From NCBI RefSeq assembly GCF_006345805.1, contig NC_043006.1, positions 76,818,001 to 76,882,000 of the forward strand: a DNA stretch of 64,000 nucleotides, written 5' to 3'. Below the pieces are notes generated by a model. The model was given only the letters and a program-made list of their open reading frames with translations, was not told where the DNA came from and searched no databases. Source of the DNA: Octopus sinensis. Taxonomy: Eukaryota. The position numbers and the translations under genes were made by a program. Below are positions 1 to 13,100 of the stretch, piece by piece; the stretch's first letter is position 1, and the number at the start of each line of letters is the position of its first letter.

Positions 1-820
1 ACATCTCATTTGAACAGATATGTTTACCGAATTTACATTAAAATATTTTGAAATACTAATGAGTAAATTTATTCAATAAAATCGCCATTAGCTTCAACCT
101 CTAAACTACTTCTGACTCTCCTGCAAATCTTCTGGACAATCCCCTTGTTTAAATTTGTGAATGCTGCCATAATCCTTGCCTTCAATTAATCTTTGGTCTT
201 ACAAGGACTTTTGAGGGTCTCTCGCTAAACTGCGCCCCACACATAATAATCAATGGGGTTGCAGTCAGGGGAGTTGGGCGGCCAGATGTTAAGGGTGATG
301 TGGTCGCAGAAATTGCCTGACAGCCATGACTGGGTTGTCTTGTTTGTGTGGCAAGGTGCAGAGTCCTGTTGCAAAAATATAGGGTCTCCCAGTCGCCACC
401 ATCTTGAACAGGAGCAGCACTACCTCCTCCCGGTACTTGATGTGGGTCTCCGTGTTAAGTGCGAGGCCGTGTGGGAAGATGAATGAAAGCATAACGTCGC
501 CATCATTAGTGATCGCTCCAAACACCATAATGTTTATTGGATGTTTGATTTTTATCACTCTCGGTACATGTCCTCAGATTGCATAGTCCACAAATTGACA
601 CCCAAACACTGAAATGTTCGTATTGGTGCTTCCGGCGCGAATGCCAAGCAGTGCAGTATGTTGTTTCCAAATTTCTGGCAGAGTGAAATGTATCATGGTG
701 ACATTTTTTTCTCACAGACGGTGCCCGACTGACTCTTTGCAGTCAACAAAATCAAACAACAAACCATGCGCATGCACAAAATTAAAACTTTTTAATGGCA
801 ACAATTTACCCATCGCTCTG
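1..820 (-). mobile_element. Internally deleted, degenerate Tc1/mariner element, maT/DD37D-like; its 3' end runs off the window start
   Basis: Minus-strand ORF 289-558 (KHPINIMVFGAITNDGDVM...Y...PYIF) resembles the Tc1/maT catalytic region. The terminus CAGAGCGATGGGTAAATTGT ends at 820 next to TA. It is colinear with copies at 10289-10743 and 44801-45670. Confidence 0.8.
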
Positions 821-1177
821 TATACACACACACACACACACCACACACACATATATATATGTATATATATGTATGTATTATGTATGTATGTATGTATATC
901 TACCTATCTATCTATCTAAATGTCTATCTATCTAGCTATCTATCTAATTATCTATATATCTGTCTGTCTATCTATCTATCAATATATATATAGAGAGAGA
1001 GTAGGAGGAGAGAGAGAGAGCGTAGCGTCTTTTGGCTCCTATAATATGGCTGTTCTATTAAGAAGTATGTTACTACATTTTTACGCCAGGAAAACGTCTT
1101 TTCCAGCTGGTTAATGACACAACTTGTGCTCAGTATATTGTGAGTAAGGGAGCAAATCACATCCCTTCAACTTGGCA

Positions 1178-1209
<32 letters not shown>

Positions 1210-1272
1210 GATATATTATATATATATATATATGTATGTATGTATGTATGTGTGTATGTATGCATGTATGTA
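821..1272. repeat. Compound microsatellites (CA, TA, TATG, TCTA, GA)
   Basis: Directly visible tandem di- and tetranucleotide tracts. Confidence 0.95.
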
Positions 1273-2109
1273 TACTAACTGAGTATTCTGTCCTTACTGG
1301 GTAATTTCCACAATAGAAGAAGCGTTTTTTCGAATTTTTCGTTTCCCTACACCCTCGCAAATGATGGAGAGATGTTTTCTATTAAAAAAATTTTGAAAAT
1401 TTATGCATCTTCTCTCCCCAATTCCAGACGGATTTGGCCCAGTTGCTTTCTTTTATCTCATCCTACTACACACTTATAAATAATGGGAAGCATCATTTCA
1501 GTAAAAATAAAAGAAAATATTTTGAAAATTTACGAGCATTTTCAAAATACTGTCCCCGACTCAGAACAGATTTCGACCAATTATTGGGGGTTTTTTTTCG
1601 CTTCGTCCTTGAAACGTAATATGAGAAGCCTTGCGGATTTAGGAAAGAAAAAATTAGGGGAAATAGTGATCACTAATACAATCCACATCTCCTTTATTTT
1701 CAAACAGAAATTGAAACGTAACTTAAATACAATTACGAAATCTTTTTGAATTCTTTCATTAACCCAGCCTCTCTATAAATTCTAAATTTTTTTCACTTTT
1801 TTAATCATAGTTTTAAAACACAGACACTACGAATATGCAATTTGTTTATGTTTACAAATTGAAAATAATTTTCAGGCGACAAATCTGTGATTTAAGGGTG
1901 CATTAGCCGCGGATGTTCGGACCAGGACGCCCACATAAGTTCAATTTTTTTTCAGTTTTAACGGGTATTTTTCAAATATTTTTTTCAGCACAGCCTTTGA
2001 AATAATTGGGGAAATCTTATTATGAAAAGAAATTTTTGAAAAGTTATGGGTGATTTTTCTTTTTTCTTTTTTGCCGATGTAAAAATTCAGTTACTTAATC
2101 GGGGCAAAT

Positions 2110-2157
<48 letters not shown>

Positions 2158-2169
2158 CGTGTGTGTATG

Positions 2170-2339
2170 CGCAGGCGTTGCGGTGGGCTAGGAGGTCACA
2201 TGGTTCCAGGTTCAATTCCACAACGTGGCACCTTTGGCGGGTGCCCCCTACTATAGCCTTTCCAGTGGATTTGGTAGTCGGAGACGGGAAGAAGACCGTT
2301 GCGTGTGTGTATATATATACATGTGCATGTAAGTGTGTG

Positions 2340-2379
<40 letters not shown>

Positions 2380-2600
2380 CACGCGTGTATGACTTTGTGT
2401 CTGTGATTGTCCACCCATCACCATTTTACCGCCAGTGTTTGTTGTTTACGTCCCTGCAAGCTATCTCTTCAGTATATAAAACCGATAAAATTATGTATTA
2501 TGCTTAAGAAATAGGTTCTGAGGCTTGTTCGACCAGAACTCCTCATTGTGGTGCTAAAAGCATAGCTGTACTCAAATAACTGAAAGAAGTAAAACAATAA
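2170..2600 (+). mobile_element. SINE family A, degenerate copy with internal (TG)n
   Basis: Diverged head (GGTCACATGGTTCCAGGTTCAATTCC), body and tail modules match the cleaner copy at 2891-3299. Confidence 0.7.
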
Positions 2601-2890
2601 AAGGATATATATATCAAACGGGTTCTGCTTAGCGTTGGACATCCCATGTATATATTAAAATATAACACCTCAAGACGCACGCTGCTGTACTGAACCTGAA
2701 ACTAAGTGGTTGCCAAGCGAAGTTCTTAACTGCACAGCTACAGAAATGCAAATGCGCTAGTATTTTACTCTTAAGTATCAGGATGAAGGACACAAATTAC
2801 AGGTATTCAAGATCCGAAAAAAATATCCGACTTCTTGATTTGTCAGTATTCACGAGCATGCACACATATATATACGCAAATATACATACA

Positions 2891-3299
2891 GGCGCAGGAG
2901 TGGCTGTGTTGTAAGTAGCTTGCTTACCAACCACATGGTTCCGGGTTCAGTCCCACTACGTGGCACCTTGGGCAAGTGTCTTCTACTATAGCCTTGGGCC
3001 GACCTGGCCTTGTGAGTGGATTTGGTAGACGGAAACTGAAAGACGCCTGTCGTATATATGTATGCATATATATATGTGTATGTATGTGTGTGTGTGTGTG
3101 TTGGTGGGTTTGAGTATCTGTGTTTGTCCCCCCAACATCGCTTGACAACCGATGCTGGTGTGTTTACGTTCTCGTCACTTAGCGGTTCGGCAAAAAAGGA
3201 CCGATAGAATAAGTACTAAGCTTACAAAGAACAAGTCCTGGTGTCGATTTGCGGTGCTCCAGCATGGCCGCAGTCAAATGACTGAAACAAGTAAAAGAG
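2891..3299 (+). mobile_element. SINE family A (tRNA-derived head, CORE-like CCTTGGGCAAG segment, internal TA/TG tract, GTAAAAGA tail)
   Basis: GGCGCAGGAGTGGCTGTG...GGTTCAGTCCC head with A/B-box-like motifs; many near-identical copies in the window. Confidence 0.9.
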
Positions 3300-3809
3300 A
3301 TACAAACATGCATTCATACCTACATACAAACACTTACACACATGTGCTATACATATATTTCAACTTATCGGCAAATATCTACCGTAAACTTCTACATCCA
3401 CTACAATGACGAGAAATATTTCTTTTTTAGCAAGACAACAGCCACCACATAGAGAAATACTGAGTTATTCTCTAGATATCAGCACCAGAAGAATTTCTTT
3501 TTAAACCATGGAGTTTAAATTGAAAGAAAATGCACATGTACCCGGCAGATTGTAAGCTACCATCCTGCACGCAGTAAAAACAGAAAATAAGTGTACGTGA
3601 AATCAGAAATAGGAGCAAAACCATCGGTAATATCACAGTTTCAGAATCGTGTCATAGACTGATGACTATGGACAACGGGAAAATTTCAGCAAAAAAAGTA
3701 TACTTAAGTAATAAATCTGTTCCATACGTAACGTATTGTGTTTGTTTTCTTTTCTTTCGTTATATTAGAAAGTTTGTATACAATAACGTTTAAAAGCACA
3801 TTATTATTC

Positions 3810-3817
3810 ATGTGTGT

Positions 3818-3913
<96 letters not shown>
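3810..3913. repeat. (TG)n microsatellite, about 100 bp
   Basis: Directly visible. Confidence 0.97.
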
Positions 3914-3916
<3 letters not shown>

Positions 3917-4085
3917 AGTGTGTATCTGTCTGTGAGCCTGCTTTTTGGCTCGTTCTCATCCGCTGTTCGACAGTCGGTGTTGGTGTGTTTATGTTCTCGA
4001 AATTGTTGCGGATCGGCAAAAGAGAGCCACAGAATAAGTTTCTGGTTTTAAAAGATAAGTACTTGGATCGAACCATTTGGTTGTG

Positions 4086-4116
<31 letters not shown>

Positions 4117-4149
4117 TGTGTGTGCGCGCGCGCGTGTGTGTACGTATGT

Positions 4150-4455
4150 GGAGGCGCAATGGCCCAGTGGTTAGGGCAGCGGACTCGTGGTTGTAGGATC
4201 GCGGTTTCTATTCCCAGATTCCGGGCGTTGTGAGTGTTTATTGAATGAAAACACCTAAAATCTCCACAAGGCTCCAGCAGGGGATGGTGGCGATCCCTGC
4301 TGTACTCTTTCGCCACAACTTTCTTTCACTCTTTCTTCTGTTGGCCTGTTCGCTTAGCCAGCGGGGCGTCGTCGTTTGAAGGCCAAAACAATGTGAAACG
4401 CATTGTGACCAGCGATGTGTAGCAACATTTGATAGCCTGGTCGGTCACGGTGATA
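4150..4455 (+). mobile_element. SINE family C, tRNA-derived head with a variant 3' part
   Basis: Head GGAGGCGCAATGGCCCAGTGGTTAGGGC...GGTTTCTATTCCC matches the minus-strand copy at 28529-28909 for about 190 bp, then diverges. Confidence 0.85.
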
Positions 4456-4984
4456 TGTATATGCATATGCACACGGGCACATACATACATATATAAGTGT
4501 GTGTGTGTGTGTGTGAGCGAATGAATGGTACATGGCAGACAGCTGGTTGTAATATGAAACGATTAGAACTGCATTGTGGACTGTATAAACTTGATAGAAA
4601 TTTGGAATTATTTTCGCAATAATTCCTTATAGAAATTCAGCTCCGTAATTAGAATCTATTCATGTATTCTCAGATAAGAATGCAATAATTAACGAAATGA
4701 AATTTTACATAAACTAAAGCCATACTAATTTATTTAATTTTATTTCTTTCTGTTACAATAAATTCTTTCGAAAGATTTCTTCGCATTTAAATATTTTGCT
4801 CCTTTTCACCTTATGTTTTACAAATATTTTCCCTTGTAACATTACAGAAACAAGTACTTGCTGAGTTAGTTATATAACCATTATGTTATTACCATAGTGT
4901 TATGCGGTACACGACAACAAACCAAAGCCATTTCCGCCATTTTCTCTTCATCATATTTTATTCTTCTACTTCACCGAAAAAATA

Positions 4985-5077
4985 ATGTTGTTGTCATCAT
5001 CATCATCATCATCATCATCATCAACATCAACATCATTATGATTATTATTATTATTACCATTATTATTGTTATTGTTG

Positions 5078-5139
<62 letters not shown>

Positions 5140-5263
5140 TTATTACTATTATTACTAGTACTTCTGTTGTTATTGTTATTCTTGTCATCATTATTATTAA
5201 TCTATTTTTTGAAGTATATTTTGTAATTATTTTCTTTCTACAACTTTCGTTTCTTACTTTTTC

Positions 5264-5314
<51 letters not shown>

Positions 5315-5779
5315 TTTCTTTGTTTGTTTTTTCGATTTCTTCCTGTTTACTTCTCTGGTTTTTTTTCTTCGTTTCCTTCTTTCTTTTCATGCACCTTCTT
5401 CTGTCTTCTTGTTTACTCTCATCATCATCATCATCATCATCCTCATCATCATCATCATCGTCAACATCATCACAATTAGGAACGGCATCAGAATCAACGT
5501 CGTCATCATCCCCTCACGTTTGCCACTACAATCATCAGCACTATCTTACTCATCGCCAATACAATCACCACCACCACCACCACCACCACAACCACCATCA
5601 TTATCATCATCATCCAAACACTACCACCATCATCATCACCATCAGCTTCATGTTCATTCAACCACAATCACCATTATCATTATCATCGTCATCGTTGCCG
5701 TCGCCATCGTCATTGTCTTCGCTGCCATCCTCCTCTTCCTCATCCTCTTCCTTCTCCTCCTCCTCCTCATCATCATCAT

Positions 5780-5811
<32 letters not shown>

Positions 5812-5885
5812 TCACCGCCATCATCATCACCATCATCATCATCATCATCATCATCGTCATCATCATCATTATCATCATCATCATC

Positions 5886-5917
<32 letters not shown>

Positions 5918-5995
5918 CATCCTCATCAACATCATCATCGTCATCATCATCATCATCGTCATGAACAACAACTCAACAGGCAGCAGCAGCTCCGT
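4985..5995. repeat. Compound trinucleotide arrays (ATC/TTA/CAC/TCC) with an embedded (TG)n
   Basis: Directly visible; explains the poly-I, poly-S and poly-H ORFs in the track. Confidence 0.95.
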
Positions 5996-6614
5996 AAATA
6001 CGATTATTTTTTCGTCTGTTGCACCAATATTTTCTTTTTATGCCTTCTTCTCCTTTATTATTCCTAATTTATATTTTTTTTTCTCGTTTTTTTTCTTCTC
6101 TCTTTTCTTTTCATCTTTTAAAATAACTTGCTTGCTTGTGTCTTTTCTTTTCCTGCATTTTTCCCTGATTACAATAGAAACGAAGTGAGTGATTTAACGT
6201 TAAAAAGAAAATTACGGTTTTATTTAATTTTTTGTTCATACAAAATCTCAATGCCTGAAGAGAGAAAAATTTGGAAAAGTATAATAATCGTATATTTATC
6301 AAAAGGTTATTAGAATAACTAATGTAAACGAAATACTATAGCTTCGATTGTGCATTGAGAATAAGCCTTGCGCTCTAATGAGACTGGCATATGCGTATAA
6401 TTAATACAAATATAATTAATACAAGAAATTATACCGAAATTTCTACAGAATACAGAAACATTAATACCGAAATTTATCCACAATAAGAAAAGCCATACTT
6501 CATAAAAGTATGTGGCCTTGGTCTTGCAAGCTTCACAGAATTCTTTGATGCTATTGTAGTTGTTATTTCATTCAAGCAGTTGCTAATTGGTTGGTTCCTG
6601 GGAAAAAAGAAACA

Positions 6615-7015
6615 GGCACAGGAGTGGATATGTGGTAAGTAGCTTGCTTACCCACTTACATGGTCCTGGGTTCAGTCCCACTGCGTGGTACCTTGGGCAA
6701 GTGTCTTCTACTATAGCCTCGAGCAGACCGAATCCTTGTGAGTGGATTTGGTAGACGGAAACGGAAAAGAGCCCGTCGCATATGTATATATGTATGCGTC
6801 TATATATGTTTGTGTGTCTGTGTTTGTCCCCACCACCATCGCTTGACAACCGATGCTGGTGTGTTTAGATTCCTGTAACTTAGCGGTTAGGCAAAAAGAG
6901 ACCGATAGAATAAGTACTAGGCTTACAAAAAATAAGTCCTAGGGTCGATTTGCTCCACTAAAAGGTGGTGCTCCAACATGGTCGCAGTCAAATGACTGAA
7001 ACAAGTAAAAGAAGA
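6615..7015 (+). mobile_element. SINE family A, full length
   Basis: Colinear with 2891-3299 from head to GACTGAAACAAGTAAAAGA tail. Confidence 0.9.
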
Positions 7016-7394
7016 AGACAAAAGAGAAAACAGGCGTAGAATGACTGGAGAAGTTAATGGGTGAAATGGTTGGAAGCAGAAAGAATATGGATGACGAGAA
7101 GAAGAGATAGTGGGGAGAAAGAGAGAGGGAATTACGAGCAGTGAAGTGTTTTAGCTGTAGAAAAGATTGAGTGAAGACACTCTTGGACCCTCCATGCATC
7201 TAGAGTGATCGTTTATATGCATATATACGAACAAATACGGGAAATATTTCTTTAGGGAGATTAGCAGTTGCCCTTGCAAGTGAATTTCCTTTTTCCGCAC
7301 CATCGATGTTCTCCAAGAGAAAGGCCGCCAACTTAGAGCGATGCTATAACTATGAAATATTTCTTTCTAATTTTATCACAAAGCTAGCAATCCG

Positions 7395-7578
7395 AAATGG
7401 GAGGGAAGTATTTACACAAAACCTAAACCTCGGCTAGTAATTGCCTTACCAATTACTAAAGGCTGAAAGGCAAAGTCGATCTTGGCGGAATTTGAACTCA
7501 AAGCATAAGGAGCCGGAAGAAATTACACTCAACATTTTGCCCAGCACGATAATGAGTCTGTCATCTCGCTGCCTTCTA
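7395..7578 (-). mobile_element. SINE family B, degenerate
   Basis: Contains TGAAAGGCAAAGTCGATCTTGGCGGAATTTGAACTC, the reverse complement of the family B B-box and central block. Confidence 0.7.
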
Positions 7579-7581
7579 TAA

Positions 7582-7900
7582 TCTATTATATAAAATCCGT
7601 TCTGTCTGTGTGTGTGTCTTCTAGGATCTCGGGTATCCTCCATCTGATTACGCTCAAATTTGATATGCAGATACCGACGGTATCAGGGCGTGTATAAGTC
7701 TTGAAAAAATTACAAAATTCGGTTCCAGGTGAGAATGCGATCGATAAAGCCGTTTTTGTCCTGCTTTTCTTCCGTCAACCTGTACATAACTGAACCTTCC
7801 ATTTTTTGTTGCTTTTGTACTGCTTAAAGGCACGTTTCTTTCCTGCCAAACTTACTATTTAAACCATGTTTGTGTTCTCCCAGTCAGCAGCCTTATCATT
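7582..7900 (+). mobile_element. Probable non-autonomous Helitron-like 5' end; 3' boundary not resolved
   Basis: A|TCTATTATATAAAA start, then a TCTGTCTGTGTG microsatellite and a CTCAAATTTGATATG motif, the usual layout of Helitron/DINE-like 5' ends. No hairpin plus CTRR end was found. Confidence 0.45.
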
Positions 7901-8689
7901 ACTGGTACTTTAAACTCTTCGGCTGCATATTTGTGTGAATAAAATTGTTTTTCTTTGGAATAGAAAAAATGTCTATCTTTATTTCTTCTTTTGCTGGTGT
8001 CTCAAATTTATGTAAAATCAGTGTTTCTCAAAGGGGAGGCCTATGGGATGGTCGGACAAGTTGTTTTGAGAAAATTTGGTTTAAATGTTTGACAACTCAG
8101 CACTGTCCATTGGACGGGGGACGTTTTGCTCGTTATAGATAATTGTGATTATTAGATATTGTCTGCAAGCGATTTCCAATTCATGCTAAAGATGTGCACC
8201 TAGTCATCACCAATGCGCAAATATATCATGGTGCCAAGTATCAGGTTTTCCAAATTTAAGGTGGTTATATAGTCACGCATATCAGAGCAGAACATCGGTA
8301 ATGTGAAAACTTTAAGGGGTAAGAGTCTGCAGTCCTCGAATTAAGATGTTTCGATGAACTGGCGGGGCCTACCGGCGCCGAAATTTTCTCGCGTACACAG
8401 AATAGATAGTGTTATCTTCCTTCCCAAAAATATTGTCCACGTAGCTTTAGTTTTGACAGACAAAAGAATAAAGAAGGATAGTTTTTGAACACACCTCGTA
8501 TAACCTGATGGGGCGTTGTGTTCTTGAGCAGAACACTTCATCTCACCTTGCGCTGCGATAACATCGATTTCATGGAGAGAATGAGCAGATGTGCGCTACG
8601 AAATTTTGATCAATATAAAGTAATCATTTGTGATGGTCGTTCGGCAAAATCTGAACGTTCATACGTCATCTTCGACGAGAGAGTCCATC

Positions 8690-8732
<43 letters not shown>

Positions 8733-8756
8733 TGTGTCTGTGGGTGTGTTTGTGTT

Positions 8757-8795
<39 letters not shown>

Positions 8796-8932
8796 ATTTG
8801 TTACATTTCTTTCATTTCTTAAGTAGCAGAACCCAACGCACTCTGACTTTTATTAACAGTAAGTTATTTATGAATCCGCGCGACTCTATTTCTAGCCCTT
8901 CCTCTTTCTCCCTCTTTTTCTTTCGTCTTTTG

Positions 8933-8971
<39 letters not shown>

Positions 8972-9551
8972 CCTCTCTCCCTCTCTCTCGCCCTCCTTCT
9001 TCTCTGCCTGCTAACGACACATGATCCGTGGTTAGCCTTTCTTTCTTTGTCTATGGCTCATCGGTCCTAAATTCTCTGTGCCCCACTGGTACATGTTATG
9101 CTGTTTGTTGTTGTTTTTTTATCTTTTAGAATGGACTTCTAAGCGTTACCCACTATTCGTGTCTTTTTGGCCCTGAGTCTATATTTTGCTCGTTTCTTAT
9201 TTATATCGTCTTTGTCCTTCGTTCATCGTCTTAAATTACATTCATTCCCTTTCGCATGTACACTCTGCACCGCTTGTTATCCGTGTTTTGTTCGCTCTCG
9301 GCTCTGTAGCTTTCTCGGGCATCGTCAGCATGAGAAGCACCTCAGTTTTATCATAAACGGTGCGAAACTGAGTAATAGCATTTAGTTGGTAACTGATTAG
9401 AATTAGGGACCTTCTGTCGTGTACTCAATATACGGTATACGCTATCTTTATTTCTCGTTTCTGTATTTAAAATAATCTTTTCATTTATATATATATATAT
9501 ATAAAGAGAGAGAGTGAGAGAGATATATAGATAGATAGACAGATAGATAGC

Positions 9552-9609
<58 letters not shown>

Positions 9610-10288
9610 CGGGGTGTTCATGAACAGATTTATCTATTGTGAACAGTTAACGGCGTGAGGAACATAAAGATTCAAGTTGTTATAGAGAAAAAGTTAGCTG
9701 CCATGAAGAAATGGAAGAGTTACCTGTGTCGTGATCATTAGCATCGGGTATCTAAATGCCGACATCATGACTGCTGCTCACTGCTCTGTGCTGTAAATGC
9801 AGTAGGACGTGATATGTGCAACACCAACTGAGACTCCGAAATCGTGGCGAGCAGGAACACAGCGGGCGTTCTGATTGCGGTCGCACGCCACAGCTCATCC
9901 AGCAACAGATGAACAGTGTCTTGGTCTCAGTTCATATAAAGCTGTTAGAATCTGGAATGGGATGCTGCTTCAAAGTTGTATGTTTAAAAGCAGGATTCGG
10001 TTCTTTGCCATACCTCCGCAAATGTGTGGGGTACGTTTGAGAAAAACAGCACTCTGACTGCAATACAAAACCTGAGATGGTGGCCAGGTGCTGTTTGAAG
10101 ATGTTCCCAGCGACATTGTTTCATGCGTCATGTTCCAGAGCCGTTTTGAGGCCATAGTGGATGCTAACTACAGCTATTTTGAGTGAAATGTTATCTCCAA
10201 TCATAATCTACTTTATATTTTGGGGCTTTTAAAAATACTTTCAATTTTTGAATGAAATATAGTTTTATTTTGCTTTTGTGCTGCCCCG
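9610..10288 (+). mobile_element. Internally deleted maT/Tc1-like element (a second subfamily)
   Basis: Fragments RRSDCGRTPQLIQQ (N-terminal) and FQSRFEAIVDANYSYFE* (the typical Tc1/maT C-terminus); begins TA|CGGGGTG. Confidence 0.6.
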
Positions 10289-10743
10289 GGTCAAGAAGGT
10301 GGCTGCTAGGAGACCCTATGTCTGGCAACAGGACTCTGCTACTTGTCACACAAACTGGAGAACCCAGTCATAGCTGTCAGACAATTTCTGCGGCCACATC
10401 ACCCCTAACATCTGGCCACTTAACTCCCCAGACTGTGACACCATTGATTATTATGTGTGGGATGCAGTTGAGCGAGACCAAAAAAACTTCTTGTGGCAAC
10501 AAAGATGAATTGAATGCAACGATTACGTCAGCATTCACCAACATAAACAAGAAGATTGTCCAAAAGAGATGCAGGAGATTCCGAAGTCATCTGGAGGCCA
10601 ATGGCGATTTTGTTGAATAAATTTACTCTTTAGTATTTCACGATATTTTCATGTATTTTTGGTAAATATATCTGTTAAAATGAGATGACAGTATTATTTT
10701 CATTTTTGCGTAATTTAGATGACAGTTTATTCACCGCACCCTG
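10289..10743 (+). mobile_element. 3' half of a maT/DD37D-like element with intact right TIR
   Basis: Translates to ...DYYVWDAVERD...RRFRSHLEANGDFVE*; ends TTTATTCACCGCACCCTG|TA; homologous to 1-820 and 44801-45670. Confidence 0.8.
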
Positions 10744-10789
10744 TATATTCACCACAATGAAATATGAATCAACAAATCACGTTAGAGCC

Positions 10790-12202
10790 AATGTCCAACG
10801 GCCAGGAGCTGTTTAGAAATAATATATCATCTCTTCTATCCAGCATTATGTCATTCATAGTTATTTCTGTAATTAACCCCATGGAGATTAAGAACTTTAT
10901 GAAACAACATATTCGCCATTGCTTCCTGTATGAATTTCGAAAGGAAAGTACCGCTACAGAAGCATTGAAAAACATTTGTGAAGTGTATCCGGATGCAGTG
11001 AAAGCTCGTAAATGTCGGCTGTGAGCTCAAAAGTTTTAACCCTTTAGCATTTAAACCGGCCATATCCGGCCAAAAGTATTCTGCCTGTTTTATGTTCAAA
11101 CTGGACAGGTCTGGTCTTTCACACCAACCCTACAATATCGTTTTAAAAATTAACATCTGCCTCATCAAATTCTCATAGCTACAACATAATGCATGATTAA
11201 GTCAAAACAATGTGGATGAAAAAAAGCATTAATTGTGGCAGAATAATGTGAACACTAAAGGGTTAAAGATGGCGATTGTGACATATCTAACAAGCCTCCC
11301 TCTCGAAGACTACCCACTTTGAATGATGACCTTTGAATAAAACTATTGTATTTGATCCACACCAGGACACCAGAGATTTGCCCCATAATTTCATGTGTTA
11401 TGTTCAACTGTCCATGAACTTTCAAGTAAATTGGGAAAACAGTGTAAAGAGAGAATTTGGATTCCATATGAGTTACACTTGGGAACCGAACAGCTTTCTA
11501 ACCAGGAATAACAACCTGTCATTTCTTCAGCTTATTGTTATAGGTGATGAAAAATGGGTTTTCTATTACAGCCGAAAACGAAAAAGACAATGGTTACTAT
11601 GTAATGAGAGTTCAATGCCAACACCAAAACCAGAACTCGATCCACAATTTTTTTTTACTCTGTGTTTGATGGAGCATAAAAAGTATCGTCCATTAGGAGC
11701 TACTGGAAAAGGGAAGGATCATCAATGCAGTACATTATTGCCAACAGTTGATTGTGTAAATGAAAAGTTATGTCGAAAGTGGCCAGCTTTGGTAAACAGA
11801 GAAGGTGTTGTTATTCTCCAGCATGACAATCCACGGGCAAACTCTTCAATACAAAGTTCCAGAAAAAATACGGTCGGTTGGACGGCATGTTCTTCCACAT
11901 CTCCCATATTCAGCTGACTTAGCATCTATGGATTTCCATCTGTTCCGCTCTCCAGAACATTTTATAGGAGGCGAAACATTTAGAAACTGAGAGGAAGTTG
12001 ATAACTGTCTTTCAGAAGGTTTTCACGAACAGAAATAGGTTTCTTTGAACACGGTATTAAGAAAACCTTACTTACTGGCAGAGTTGCAAGTCGTTGAAAA
12101 GGGTGGTGATTACATTCTTAATTAATACTTTTGGGATAGATGTAATTTACATTCGTTTTATATCCTTTTTGGTGAAACGCAATTATTTTCCGAACACCCT
12201 AA
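10790..12202 (+). pseudogene. Degenerate mariner (DD34D-type) transposase with right TIR
   Basis: Frameshifted motifs HIRHCFLYEF..., IVIGDEKWVFY, ILQHDN, LPHLPYSADLASMDFHLFRS; ends ...TTTTCCGAACACCCTAA|TA; left TIR not found. Confidence 0.88.
11040..11262. mobile_element. piggyBac-type MITE, 223 bp, inserted in the mariner ORF
   Basis: TTAA|CCCTTTAG...CTAAAGGG|TTAA (TTAA at 11036-11039 and 11263-11266); removing it restores the mariner frame ...QKF-KDGDCDISNKPPSRR. Confidence 0.9.
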
Positions 12203-12373
12203 TATATACACACATGTATAAATATATATGTATTATATGTATGTTTGTATGACTGTTCATATGTTTGTAAGTAATTTTATTATTGTTGTCAAAATACTTA
12301 TTTTCTTTTTGTTGTTAATTTCCGTTGATTTCTTTAACTATATACTTTAATAATCCTTTCTACTATAGGCAGG

Positions 12374-13100
12374 AGGAGGGCTAGTCAACGACATCGACCC
12401 CAGTGTTTAACTGGTACTTATTTCATCGACCCCGAAAGGATGAAAGGCAAAGTCGACCTCAGCAGAATTTAAACTCAGATCGTAAAGACGGACGAAATAC
12501 CTATTTCTTTACTACCCACAAGGGGCTAAACATAGAGGGGACAAACAAGGACAGACAAACGGATTAAGTCAATTATATCGACCCCAGTGCGTAACTGGTA
12601 CTCAATTTATCGACCCTGAAAGGATGAAAGGCGAATTCGAACCCGGCGAAATTTGAACTCAGAACGTAGCGGCAGACGAAATACCTATTTCTTCACTACC
12701 CACAAGGGGCTAAACATAGAGTGGGCAAACAAGGAGAGACAAAGGGATTAAGTCAATTATATCGACCCCAGTGCGTAAGTGGTACTTAATTTATCGACCC
12801 CGAAAGGATGAAAGGCGAATTCGACCCCGGCGGAATTTAAACTCACAGCGTAACGGCAGACGAAATACCTATTTCTTTACTGCCCACAAGGGGCTAAACA
12901 CAGAGGGGCCGGACAAGGACAGACAAACGGATTAAGTCGATTATATCGACCCCAGTGCGTAACTGGTATTCAATTTATCGACCCTCAAAGGATGAAAGGC
13001 GAATTCGAACACGGCGGAATTTGAACTCACAACGTAACGGCAGATGAAATACGGCTACGCATTTCGCCCGGCGTGCTAATGTTTCTGCCAGCTCGCCACC
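12374..13100 (-). mobile_element. Head-to-tail array of four SINE family B units
   Basis: One full copy (about 12869-13100) followed on the minus strand by three 5'-truncated units, all starting at GTATTTCGTC; period about 183 bp. Confidence 0.9.

Noticed and set aside
1330-2100. AT-rich block that looks like a DNA transposon relic
   Set aside because: No convincing TIR pair, TSD or second copy in the window.
2891-2965. tRNA gene-like sequence (also in other SINE heads)
   Set aside because: No complete cloverleaf or acceptor stem, and each is fused to SINE body; these are SINE heads, not tRNA genes.
4897-6188. Poly-His, poly-Ser and poly-Ile ORFs up to 306 aa
   Set aside because: Microsatellite translations; not evidence of a gene.
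8482-8500. Mariner-like TIR end TTTTTGAACACACCTCG|TA
   Set aside because: No matching opposite TIR or transposase remnant could be located, so no element was called.
12374-13100. Regular repeat array superficially like a CRISPR array
   Set aside because: Units are contiguous 183-bp SINE pieces with no unique spacers, there are no cas genes, and the context is eukaryotic.
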